Shown piece by piece: positions 51,143-60,132 of a DNA stretch of 64,000 bases. Under the pieces are notes generated by a model. It was not told where the DNA came from. It did not search any database and saw nothing but the letters and a program-made list of their open reading frames with translations. Source of the DNA: Fibrobacteria bacterium (GTDB lineage: Bacteria > Fibrobacterota > Chitinivibrionia > Chitinivibrionales > FEN-1185); assembly GCA_037447435.1 (NCBI GenBank), contig JBBIGR010000018.1, positions 19,561-83,560 of the forward strand, written 5' to 3'. Numbering within the stretch: position 1 is the first letter of the stretch; each line of letters begins with the position of its first letter. A program made the position numbers and the translations under genes.

Positions 51143-52000
51143 ATGATTTTCGATATTGCTTCGTTTAAAATTAAAGTTCTAGGCAAGCCTCGCAAGATTT
51201 TTGATTTTCCCGAATCGTTTTACAAAAAATTCCATCAATATCTATGCTCTAATTCAAGAAGCCCCTGCATTGATTTTACACTTGTTGTTATTCCCTTCGA
51301 ATCATTTTCGCTGCCGTCAAAAAGCCTCGAGAAACGCCAGCAGCACCTTTACAATGAAAATAAGGAAAAATTCATTATAAAATCTCCCGGCGCAATAGCA
51401 AGTGTCAATATGGCTTCAAAAACTATTTCCCTGGGCTTTAAAGGGAAAGTCACGAATAGAAGAAAAAATCTGATACTCATGGGGTTTGTTCGGCTTGCCG
51501 TTTCAATATGCGCAGTGCTCAAAGGCGGGCTGCCATTTCATTCCTCGGTTATTGCCTTTAACAAATATGGAATTGCTTTTTCCGGTCCTTCGGGTGCCGG
51601 CAAAACGACTATAGCGAAACTTCTTGCTGCTCCGGGGCAATTGTTAAACGATGAATTCAATGTCATCCTTCCTTTGGGAAAAAATGGATATCGAATTCAT
51701 TCGACACCTTTTACTCAATTTAAAACGTTAAAAAGTTGCAATAAAAAAAATCTTATTCTCCATACTATATTTTTTCTTGAAAAAAGCATGGCGAATTCAA
51801 TAGAAAACCTGGCTTTTAAAAACAAGTATATATCACTGTTGGGACAAACATATATTTTTCCCCTGTCGGACTTTTTTGGGAAAAAAATACTTGACAATGC
51901 TGAAAAAATATGCGGCAACGTTTCTTGCAAACGGCTGCATTTTAAAAACGATGAAACTGTCCGGTCCTTCATTTATGACTTTGCAAAGGACTTACTGTGA
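51143..52000 (+). CDS. HprK-related P-loop kinase (ScmC-like)
   Basis: LPFHSS, AFSGPSGAGKTT, LLNDE, HSTPF; start uncertain (GTG 51092 or ATG 51143). Confidence 0.8.
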   Translation: MIFDIASFKIKVLGKPRKIFDFPESFYKKFHQYLCSNSRSPCIDFTLVVIPFESFSLPSKSLEKRQQHLYNENKEKFIIKSPGAIASVNMASKTISLGFKGKVTNRRKNLILMGFVRLAVSICAVLKGGLPFHSSVIAFNKYGIAFSGPSGAGKTTIAKLLAAPGQLLNDEFNVILPLGKNGYRIHSTPFTQFKTLKSCNKKNLILHTIFFLEKSMANSIENLAFKNKYISLLGQTYIFPLSDFFGKKILDNAEKICGNVSCKRLHFKNDETVRSFIYDFAKDLL

Positions 52001-52263
52001 CCTACGAGATTACCTCCGATTTGTCGATAAAGGAAATTGCAGAAGAGCTGTTTGTTTACAACAGGAAAAACTCGACCATATATTCGTTCAACGGAAGCGG
52101 TGTTTTTATTTGGAAATTGGTTGCCCAGCATTTGCCGTTCGATGAAATCAGCAAGCGCTTATGCGGTGAATTCGATGTCACTGTTTCTGAGGCAGAGGCG
52201 GACGTTGCAGACTTTGTGAAAAACCTTCTTGAAAACGGTCTTATCACATTACTCCAGAAATAA
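51997..52263 (+). CDS. PqqD-family RiPP recognition element (RRE)
   Basis: 88 aa; IYSFNGSGVFIWKL..EISKRLCGEFDV..AEADVADFVKNLLENGLI; GTGA overlap with the kinase gene. Confidence 0.92.
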   Translation: MTYEITSDLSIKEIAEELFVYNRKNSTIYSFNGSGVFIWKLVAQHLPFDEISKRLCGEFDVTVSEAEADVADFVKNLLENGLITLLQK

Positions 52264-52267
52264 CGAT

Positions 52268-53320
52268 ATGGCTTCAGAAACAATAGCATTAAAGTTGGAT
52301 CGTATCTCGCGCAAGGGATATCCTACAAACGCAAGCATTGAAGTGACCGCCCGATGTAATGCGCATTGCGGTTATTGCTATTTGCAGGATTGTTCGTTTG
52401 AAGATCCGTCGATAGAGCAGTTATGCCTAGCTGTAAGAAAGCTTTCGGACAGCGGCATGTTTCATTTGCATGTCACTGGAGGAGAACCGTTTTTACGACC
52501 GGACATTCTTACACTCCTTTCTTTTGCATTCGACCTTGGCATTTTTCATTGCACTCTTTTTACGAATGGAACCCTTTTAAACGACGAACATCGAAATTTT
52601 ATTGTGCGGAACAGAGATTTTTTTCGTCATATACAAATGTCGATTTTTTCCCATAATCCTTCGGTAAACGACGCTTATTTAGGAGTTCCAGGCGCTTTTA
52701 ACGAGATACTTAAAAATGCCCTTTTCTTGAAAAATAACGGAATCAGGATATCTCTCGCCATGAGCATTTTAGATTTTAACGTTGACACATTTGAGGAATC
52801 CCGAAGGTTTTTCAGCGATAGGGGATTAACGCTACTTATTGCCAATTTTAAAACAATCGCCGGCCCCGTAATCGAAAAACATGTTGCAACCTCAACCACG
52901 AATTCTTTTTTCAAACGTTATTTTCAAAACTTGGACGCTGATATTTTGGGCAGATTAAAAATACAGATGAAAGAAGCATTGAAAATCCCTCCGCAAAATG
53001 ATGTTGAGCTTTGTCACGGCCGCTGGAACACTGTCTATATTAATACCAAAGGTGATATCGCACCGTGCATTTCCTTCAGAAACTTCAAGCTCGGAAATAT
53101 CTACGAAGAAAGATCGGTTCATGACATTTTACTAGCGGCTCCGGACTATCATTCTATTTGCGCTTTACATAAAAACGATATGAAAAAATGCGCCGCTTGC
53201 AAATTTTTCAATTTTTGCACTATTTGTCTTGGCTCGATTCATACTGAAAAAAAATCATTTCATGATGTCGATGAACAAATGTGCAATTTTGCTCATGCGC
53301 TTTTTGATATTCTTGATTAA
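52268..53320 (+). CDS. Radical SAM / SPASM-domain peptide maturase
   Basis: CNAHCGYC, TGGEPFLRPD, FTNGTL; SPASM-like LCHG..GDIAPC..LGNI..CAACKFFNFCTIC..MC. Confidence 0.93.
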   Translation: MASETIALKLDRISRKGYPTNASIEVTARCNAHCGYCYLQDCSFEDPSIEQLCLAVRKLSDSGMFHLHVTGGEPFLRPDILTLLSFAFDLGIFHCTLFTNGTLLNDEHRNFIVRNRDFFRHIQMSIFSHNPSVNDAYLGVPGAFNEILKNALFLKNNGIRISLAMSILDFNVDTFEESRRFFSDRGLTLLIANFKTIAGPVIEKHVATSTTNSFFKRYFQNLDADILGRLKIQMKEALKIPPQNDVELCHGRWNTVYINTKGDIAPCISFRNFKLGNIYEERSVHDILLAAPDYHSICALHKNDMKKCAACKFFNFCTICLGSIHTEKKSFHDVDEQMCNFAHALFDILD

Positions 53321-53326
53321 TCTTTT

Positions 53327-53770
53327 ATGAAATCTGAGGTGGTACGCTCTTTTTTCTTCGAAGGCCAAAGCAGGTTGTGTACTGTCTATGGAAATTCCAT
53401 GGAACCGTTTTTGTCCTTCGGAGAACAGGTTACGATCGTTCCTTGGGGCGGTAAGCTTAAGAAGGGGCATTGTTATGCTTTTATTACCGGGAGCAAACTG
53501 ACCATTCATCGGTTTATTGCTATGACGGGTAAAAAGCAAGCGCTATTTGCAGGGGACAACTGTCTGTTTTTAGATATTGTTGCAATATCGGATGTTATTG
53601 GAGAATATTCTTCTTGCCAAAGCCGCGGATTTCTAATTATAATTAACCTGATAAATTGTTTGTTTTTTGTTTTTATGATGCGTTCAGGTAAAACCTTAAG
53701 GTTTCATAAAACACGAAGGCGGATTATTAGGTTTATAATAAGATTTGCAAGAGAGAGGCGATTGAAATGA
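53327..53770 (+). CDS. S24/S26-family serine peptidase
   Basis: VYGNSMEPFL, TIHRF and AGDN motifs; hydrophobic C-terminal segment. Confidence 0.85.
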   Translation: MKSEVVRSFFFEGQSRLCTVYGNSMEPFLSFGEQVTIVPWGGKLKKGHCYAFITGSKLTIHRFIAMTGKKQALFAGDNCLFLDIVAISDVIGEYSSCQSRGFLIIINLINCLFFVFMMRSGKTLRFHKTRRRIIRFIIRFARERRLK

Positions 53771-53937
53771 AAAAAAAATATGAAAAGCCTGTTTTAATAG
53801 TTGAAGTCATGGCCCTAGACATGCTTCAAATGTCTTGCACGCATCACGGCGGTTTGCCGACAAAATTATCCGGTGTCAACGGAGTCTCGTGCCAATGTTG
53901 CGGCACCGGGCTTTACTATTCCGGCTCAACCGGATAG
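53767..53937 (+). CDS. Putative RiPP precursor peptide, 56 aa (absent from the ORF track)
   Basis: MKKKYEKPVLIVEVMALDMLQMSCTHHGGLPTKLSGVNGVSCQCCGTGLYYSGSTG*. ATGA overlap with the peptidase stop, GAGAGG upstream, YxxPxL leader motif, four Cys. Confidence 0.85.
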   Translation: MKKKYEKPVLIVEVMALDMLQMSCTHHGGLPTKLSGVNGVSCQCCGTGLYYSGSTG

Positions 53938-53951
53938 GTTAATTTTCTTTG

Positions 53952-54737
53952 TTACCTATGCGAACGCCGTTTTTTTCGGATAAGCTTTAGTGGAATGTTT
54001 GCAAAAGGTAATTCCAAAGCCAGCCGCCGCAACCAAACGGGCATTGATTCGTAGATGTTTCTGCTCGCCGTAAAAGCCAAAAATCGCGCATAATATGATG
54101 GCTTTTGTAAAGGAACATTCTCGGCTCTGACTTTTGAATAATGCAATAAAAACATATTAAAAAACTGCCGTATGCCCGTATGCGTTGCCAAATTCCAAAA
54201 CCGATTCCATGAAAACCCTTCCTGACTACTGAGAACTTCTATTTCTTGCCAAACCGTTGTTCGTATTTCGAACGGTATATGCACTAATTGGTGGCATAAA
54301 AAAATAATCAGACTGTCTTCGGGGCTTGGAAGGTGTAAAAACCTTTTTTGCACAACCGATCTTGAAAATAACGCCTCTGTCGGAAGGTGGAACCGTTCTG
54401 GATAATTAAGAAGAGTGTGGATTTCGACGAACGCGGTCGCTTCGAGGCAAGGCAGGAAGAAAGAAAATTCGAACGGCCAGTAATTCGGTTTTGTCCGCAC
54501 TCCCGTTACATTTTTAAAATACTCGATGACCTGCGGCATATCGGATTCTAAAACAAGGATGTCGATGTCGCACATTTTCCTGTCTGAAAAATGTCCTGCG
54601 CAGCCGGAAACGATGAGGTAGGCGCCTTTGATGGGCATGTAGTTGATTTGCAAATTGACAAAATGGTCGTGCAAAAGGCGCAGGGCTTCTGTAAAAAAAA
54701 ATTGCCGAAAGACCCATTCTTTATTCGGTTGCGCCAT
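53952..54737 (-). CDS. Nucleotidyltransferase family protein (NTP_transf_5-like)
   Basis: YMPIKGAYL, RKMCDIDILV, FVEIH, PSPED..LCH; convergent on the precursor gene with a 14-nt gap. Confidence 0.85.
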   Translation of the reverse strand: MAQPNKEWVFRQFFFTEALRLLHDHFVNLQINYMPIKGAYLIVSGCAGHFSDRKMCDIDILVLESDMPQVIEYFKNVTGVRTKPNYWPFEFSFFLPCLEATAFVEIHTLLNYPERFHLPTEALFSRSVVQKRFLHLPSPEDSLIIFLCHQLVHIPFEIRTTVWQEIEVLSSQEGFSWNRFWNLATHTGIRQFFNMFLLHYSKVRAENVPLQKPSYYARFLAFTASRNIYESMPVWLRRLALELPFANIPLKLIRKKRRSHR

Positions 54738-55021
54738 TAGGGCTTTCTCGAAGTTCCGGTTTCACCGCGAATGATCCGATAGGTTTGTGAAACCGATATT
54801 CTGAATTTCTTGGCGAGCTTTGTTCCCGAAACACCGGAATGATAGAGATGAAGGATTTCGACGTTTCTGGTTTGGTACTTATCGGGAACAGGGATTATGC
54901 CGTATTTTGAACGGAGTTGAAAGACTGCTTGACGAGTTATACCGAACAGCTTTCCGATCGCGTCATCGGTTTTATATTTTGTTTGTAATTTAACAAGCTG
55001 TTGCTTACTGATACGTGCCAT
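54737..55021 (-). CDS. Small protein with two HTH-like motifs
   Basis: DAIGKLFGITRQAVFQLR and GTKLAKKFRISVSQTYRII; 1-nt overlap with the NTase gene. Confidence 0.75.
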   Translation of the reverse strand: MARISKQQLVKLQTKYKTDDAIGKLFGITRQAVFQLRSKYGIIPVPDKYQTRNVEILHLYHSGVSGTKLAKKFRISVSQTYRIIRGETGTSRKP

Positions 55022-55144
55022 GGTACCGTTACCTCTTTTCAGAAACGGATGTAAGGCAGTTGTTTTTTTATTGAAAATGAATATAGGTTATGGCAAATGT
55101 ATGGCAAAAAAAATGCCCGTATGTTTTTGTTGGGATGCAATTGA

Positions 55145-57307
55145 TTAGGCTTTTTTTACAATATCATTCAGCGTCCTGGTCAGCGATTCGAGGGAAAACG
55201 GCTTTTGGATAAAGCCGGCTATACCCGGGAGCCGGATAAATGCGGCGGTTTCGCCGACAGCGAAACCTGTTGCAAAAATTCCCTGGACCGAGGGGTTGAT
55301 TTTGCGCATTTCAAGAAAACAAGTTCGTCCATCCATGCGGGGCATGTTCATATCTATTATCGCACAATCTATTTCCCGGAAATGATCTTTATACCATGCG
55401 GTGGCAGCCATGGGATCATTGAAAACGGTCGAAATATATCCTTCGCTGTCAAGATATTCTTTGACAAAATCGCAAATCATGGTTTCGTCGTCGATGACGA
55501 GAACATGGAGTCGTTTGGTTGGAGTTTCCATTTTCGGGGCTTCTTGCGCCAAAAGTGGTTTTTCCGTGCTCATCGGCAAGTATAAAATCATTGTTGAACC
55601 GTTGCCGGATACCGAAATTGCCTCAATGAAACCATGATGACGTTGCATTGTCCCGAAAACGCTTGCCAACCCTAGTCCCGTTCCCTTTCCCGCTTCCTTA
55701 GTAGTAAAAAAGGGTTCGAAAAGATGTGAACGCGTATTTTCGTCCATTCCTATGCCCGTATCGCCGACTTTGATTGCAAGGTAAACTCCTGTGGGCAAGG
55801 TGTAGCCGGAGGTTAATCGATAATTGTCTTTAATAATTATTTCGTCGGTAGAAAAGGACAATGTCCCGCCGTTTTGCATTGCATCGCGCGCATTGACCGC
55901 AAGGTTAAGCAAGGCGCTTTGCAATAACACCTGATCGCCTGATACTATTGGATTCGGGGCAAGCAGGTTTTTGATTATGGCTATTTTTTTATCGAGGCTG
56001 TGGGAAAGCAGTGCCTCCACATCGTCGATCAGTGTATGGATATTGAGTGGTTTGATTTCGAAATTGCCCTGGCGGGAAAAAGCGAGAAGCTTACGGACCA
56101 AATCGGCCGCCCGTTCACCCGCCTTTAAAATCGACGAAACCTGTTCTTCGAGTTTGTTGTTGACAAATGATTTATCTTTTAAATGATTGTCTTTTTGAAT
56201 CAAATATGCAAAGCCCATAATAACGGATAGTATGTTGTTGAAATCATGCGCCATTCCGCCGGCTAAAAACCCGATGGATTCCATCTTTTGCGCTTGTCTA
56301 TATTGTTCCTGCAGTAGTTTTTGTTCGCTAATGTCGATCAGGCACATACGAAGCGCAGCGACATTACTGTGATTAACCACCTGATCGCATCGCAGCAAAA
56401 TCCAGAGCGTTTTTCCGTCTTTTCGAATGATCCGGTATTCCCGAACATTAAGATTTTCGCCGGCAAGAATTTTTAAGAGATCGGTTTGCGCCCGAAATCT
56501 GTCATCGGCATGCACAATCTCAAGAATCGAACGCTTTTTTAGTATATCTTCCTGGAAAAAACCGGTTAATTCGCGCCCCGCTTGGTTAATAAAGGAAATT
56601 TTAAGATCACTGTCGACCTCGCAGATAACAACAGGCAACATGTCGGCAGTTTCAAAAAACCTTGCCTCGCTTTCACGCTTTTCTTCATTAATTTTATCAA
56701 TTGCTTTTCGATATCCTTCGTGAATGACTACGACAAAGGTGGAAGCAATGATCAAACACAAAAAAAATGAAACGGAAACATCGGTCAACCGTTGCGTGCC
56801 CGTCGCATATTCCATGAAGATTTTTGGGTTTATGTATTCAATAGCAATGAGTGCTATGACAGTTGCGATGTACATGCAAAATGTCAGTAATCGGCCAATG
56901 CCTTTTGAAAAAATAAGAGATACAAACGGACACACCAAAAAATAAAAAGACACGCCGCCTCTGCTGCCCGCATTAAAAAACCATTCTATAGACAAGACGA
57001 TAATAAGAATGATGGTAGAGGGATATACGAGAAGCGCATACGATACGCCGTTGCGTGCCAGAATCCAAAGAGTGGCAAAAACAAGTCCGATTATAAGTGT
57101 GGTACATTGAACCGGAACATCGAGACTGTTGAAAACGTTCGAAATAAAAGCCGTACAACCCGCAAGAGAACTAAGGAACATCACGCAAATAAAAAGTCGC
57201 TGTTCCAAAGAATTATTTATGCTGCCCGGCCCCCCAACCACCATGAGGATTTTATCGGCCCAGGAGCGTCTATTTGAGATTTTATCACTTTTAATGAATT
57301 TGTCCAT
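55145..57307 (-). CDS. Membrane hybrid sensor histidine kinase (TM-PAS-HisKA-HATPase-REC)
   Basis: N-terminal TMs, PAS, AGGMAHDFNN, NLAVNARDAM, FEPFFTTK..GTGLGL, C-terminal REC. Confidence 0.95.
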   Translation of the reverse strand: MDKFIKSDKISNRRSWADKILMVVGGPGSINNSLEQRLFICVMFLSSLAGCTAFISNVFNSLDVPVQCTTLIIGLVFATLWILARNGVSYALLVYPSTIILIIVLSIEWFFNAGSRGGVSFYFLVCPFVSLIFSKGIGRLLTFCMYIATVIALIAIEYINPKIFMEYATGTQRLTDVSVSFFLCLIIASTFVVVIHEGYRKAIDKINEEKRESEARFFETADMLPVVICEVDSDLKISFINQAGRELTGFFQEDILKKRSILEIVHADDRFRAQTDLLKILAGENLNVREYRIIRKDGKTLWILLRCDQVVNHSNVAALRMCLIDISEQKLLQEQYRQAQKMESIGFLAGGMAHDFNNILSVIMGFAYLIQKDNHLKDKSFVNNKLEEQVSSILKAGERAADLVRKLLAFSRQGNFEIKPLNIHTLIDDVEALLSHSLDKKIAIIKNLLAPNPIVSGDQVLLQSALLNLAVNARDAMQNGGTLSFSTDEIIIKDNYRLTSGYTLPTGVYLAIKVGDTGIGMDENTRSHLFEPFFTTKEAGKGTGLGLASVFGTMQRHHGFIEAISVSGNGSTMILYLPMSTEKPLLAQEAPKMETPTKRLHVLVIDDETMICDFVKEYLDSEGYISTVFNDPMAATAWYKDHFREIDCAIIDMNMPRMDGRTCFLEMRKINPSVQGIFATGFAVGETAAFIRLPGIAGFIQKPFSLESLTRTLNDIVKKA

Positions 57308-57598
57308 TATTTAAAGTATAGCGGTATTGCAATAGTACGTCAATATGAATGATGGCAAAAAATGAAAGATTGCAATAACAGGAAAAAACATCGCATTAAT
57401 TACACGATTTCATTCCCGGTAAATATAAGAACGGCTACACCGTTTTATTACTTATATCCCATTGCATTAAATAATGAGGAATGATAAAATGATGACTGAG
57501 TATTTTCAGGTAGTACACCGGCGTAAAAATTATTTTAAATTTGAAAATCCGGAGTTTTCGGGGGTTAATTAATCGTACGCTCAACATGAGGATTTTTA

Positions 57599-57982
57599 AT
57601 GAAGCCGATAAAGGTTCTTTTGATTGATGATGAAAAATTAATACGCAGCACCACTGCAATGCTGTTGAAATTAGAGAATATCGATACGGTCACAGCGAGC
57701 GACGGAAATGAAGGAATAGCCTTAGCGCAAAAGGAAGACCCCGATATAGTATTGCTGGACATTACAATGCCCGCAGAAGATGGGTGGCAGGTGCTTGATA
57801 GAATAAAGTCTATACCGGAAATTGCCCATATCCCCGTCGTCCTTTTTACGGCGGATGAATCGTTGATTTCGCGTGAGAAAGTTCAACAGCGCGGAGCTTC
57901 TGCAATTTGCGGCAAGCCGTTCCATCCCTCACAGTTGATACGAATCATTCAGGACCTCGGCTATGACAAATCAAGATTATAA
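57599..57982 (+). CDS. Single-domain response regulator
   Basis: LLIDDE, LLDITMP, LFTA, KPF. Confidence 0.92.
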   Translation: MKPIKVLLIDDEKLIRSTTAMLLKLENIDTVTASDGNEGIALAQKEDPDIVLLDITMPAEDGWQVLDRIKSIPEIAHIPVVLFTADESLISREKVQQRGASAICGKPFHPSQLIRIIQDLGYDKSRL

Positions 57983-58028
57983 AACTCCTCCCGTAACCGC
58001 GTTTAAGCGGTAGATTAAAGGATACTGT

Positions 58029-58349
58029 GTGTTTGATAAATCGGAAGCAATAGAGCTTTTTTGCATTACGGAACAGGAATACGATGAAATGCTTCGTGAA
58101 TATGTCGCGCAGACACGGACTGAAATTGCAACTATAGAACGAGCCATCGTTCAAAAAGATTTTAAAACGGCTGCAGAGATTGTGCATTCGGTAAAGGGTA
58201 TTTCGGGAAATTTGAGGGTCCAACCGGCATTCGAATATTCAAAATCCATTGAAAATGAAATTAAATCCGAAGCATCGGCTTTTGCGCTGAAACATCTTTG
58301 CATTTTGAAGGATTTTATCGCCGGCCTCGCAACGGATCTTTCCATCTGA
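58029..58349 (+). CDS. Hpt phosphotransfer protein
   Basis: AEIVHSVKGISGNL motif; helical, 106 aa. Confidence 0.88.
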   Translation: MFDKSEAIELFCITEQEYDEMLREYVAQTRTEIATIERAIVQKDFKTAAEIVHSVKGISGNLRVQPAFEYSKSIENEIKSEASAFALKHLCILKDFIAGLATDLSI

Positions 58350-58381
58350 CGCGACCGAGATATTTAGTAAGGGATCGTAGT

Positions 58382-60082
58382 TTGAAACCCACGGGCATAT
58401 ACCGTAAGTTGATTAGGTTTTTCATGGTTGTACTGGCTGTGGCCATGGCATTGTTTTGCTGCATTGGCGCCGGTATGGGCATATCCAACAGTCATCGACG
58501 ATTCGAGCAGGCAAGGAAACACTTGGAAGCGACACTGCTTGATAAAGGGATGACGCTTATTGCCAATAACAGCGTTGCATTGCGCGGTGCGGTCGAAGAC
58601 AACGCCTTTTTGGCAATTCGCGAAATTGTTGCCACCACCGTTGCACGGAGTAGCGACGTGGTGTATGGCATATTTATGGATGATAATTTGCAGCCCTGGG
58701 CAATGGTGACGCCCGAAAACCCCGTCGGCACGGTACAAGGACAAAGAGAATTGCATGATTCGGTGAGCATCTGGGCGCACTCGGTGAAAATTCCAAGTTA
58801 TCGGTTTGAAAAATCAAAGGGCTCTCCTTTTGACATAATAGAAATTGCGGCGCCGGTTATCAATGCCGACGGATTGCGTCTCGGCGTTATACGCTATGGG
58901 ATTTCTACGGGAAATATGCGAAAGGCAATTGCGGAAGAAAGAAAACAATCGCTAGTGTCGGGAATTGTTTCCGTGATATTGTATGTCATTGTCGTTGGCT
59001 TTGTTTTTGTGGCCGGTGTTTTGGCTGCAAGGAAATGGGCAAATGGAATTACAAAACCGATTGAACATTTGGCATCGAGCGTTAATGCAATCACCGCAGG
59101 AAACTATTCCCAGACCGTTGCTGTTGAGTCGGATGACGAAATCGGCTTGTTGGCGGCCAATTTTGAAGCAATGAGGTTAAAAATTAAGGAGTATACCGAG
59201 AATTTGGAAAGTATGGTTGCCCACAGAACGCAGCAACTTGAGGCTGCACATAAGGAAATAGTTGAAAAAGCCCATAGGGCTGGAATGGCCGATATTGCCA
59301 TCGGGACGCTGCACAACGTGGGAAATATCCTCAATAGTGTAAAAGCAAGCGCAGACAACATCGAAGATATCCAATGCAAATCGCCGATGTTCGATTTTGT
59401 TAAAGCGAGCAGGTTACTAAGGGAAAACTCCGAGGACGTCGAGTCGTTTATCCGAAATGATCCTCGGGGAAAAAAACTCATGCAGTATTTCTTGAAACTT
59501 GAAGAGCCCTTTTTGGAATCGTATAAATTGATTGATCAGAACTTGCGTCGATTGTCGGATAAAATCGCCGCCATCAATGACGTTATTTCCGCACAACAGA
59601 ACTATGCGGGTGTCGGCGGTCTTTCCGAAAAAGTCAATATCAAAGACGTGATCGAGGATGCGCTGCTTATGCAGTCGGATTCCAACGGCAATCCCGGGTT
59701 TACGATAAACCGCGATTTCGGATCGATTAGCGAGGTTTATGCCCAAAAAAACAAACTTATGCATGTTATTGTCAATGTGATAAAAAACGCTAAAGAATCA
59801 ATGAGTGAAATTCCGTTCGATAAAAAAACGATAACCTTTTCAACGACCGTGAAAGATTCGTTCCTGTATATAAAAATATCCGATACCGGCTCTGGAATTA
59901 AAAAGGAAAACATCACCAAGATATTTTCTCATGGCTTTACAACAAAAAAAAACGGCCATGGATTCGGTTTGCACAGCAGCGCCAACTATATGAAAGAAAT
60001 GGGAGGGGAAATGTGGGCCGAAAGTGACGGCGCCGGTTGCGGCGCTCATATGATAGTAAAGATTCCCGTTCAAAATTCCTGA
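58382..60082 (+). CDS. HAMP-domain sensor histidine kinase
   Basis: TM-periplasmic-TM, HAMP (DEIGLLAANF), H-box TLHNVGN, NAKES, GFTTKKNGHGFGL. Start uncertain; TTG at 58382 chosen. Confidence 0.93.
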   Translation: MKPTGIYRKLIRFFMVVLAVAMALFCCIGAGMGISNSHRRFEQARKHLEATLLDKGMTLIANNSVALRGAVEDNAFLAIREIVATTVARSSDVVYGIFMDDNLQPWAMVTPENPVGTVQGQRELHDSVSIWAHSVKIPSYRFEKSKGSPFDIIEIAAPVINADGLRLGVIRYGISTGNMRKAIAEERKQSLVSGIVSVILYVIVVGFVFVAGVLAARKWANGITKPIEHLASSVNAITAGNYSQTVAVESDDEIGLLAANFEAMRLKIKEYTENLESMVAHRTQQLEAAHKEIVEKAHRAGMADIAIGTLHNVGNILNSVKASADNIEDIQCKSPMFDFVKASRLLRENSEDVESFIRNDPRGKKLMQYFLKLEEPFLESYKLIDQNLRRLSDKIAAINDVISAQQNYAGVGGLSEKVNIKDVIEDALLMQSDSNGNPGFTINRDFGSISEVYAQKNKLMHVIVNVIKNAKESMSEIPFDKKTITFSTTVKDSFLYIKISDTGSGIKKENITKIFSHGFTTKKNGHGFGLHSSANYMKEMGGEMWAESDGAGCGAHMIVKIPVQNS

Positions 60083-60132
60083 TTGGCAAAGCGTGAATGG
60101 AAGACAGCTGGGGGCGATGAAAGGTGCTACAC

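Noticed and set aside
51143..54737. Lasso peptide or PQQ biosynthesis interpretation
   Set aside because: No asparagine-synthetase-like cyclase or transglutaminase-like B2 protease, no pqqB/C, and the peptide lacks the PqqA ExxxY motif.
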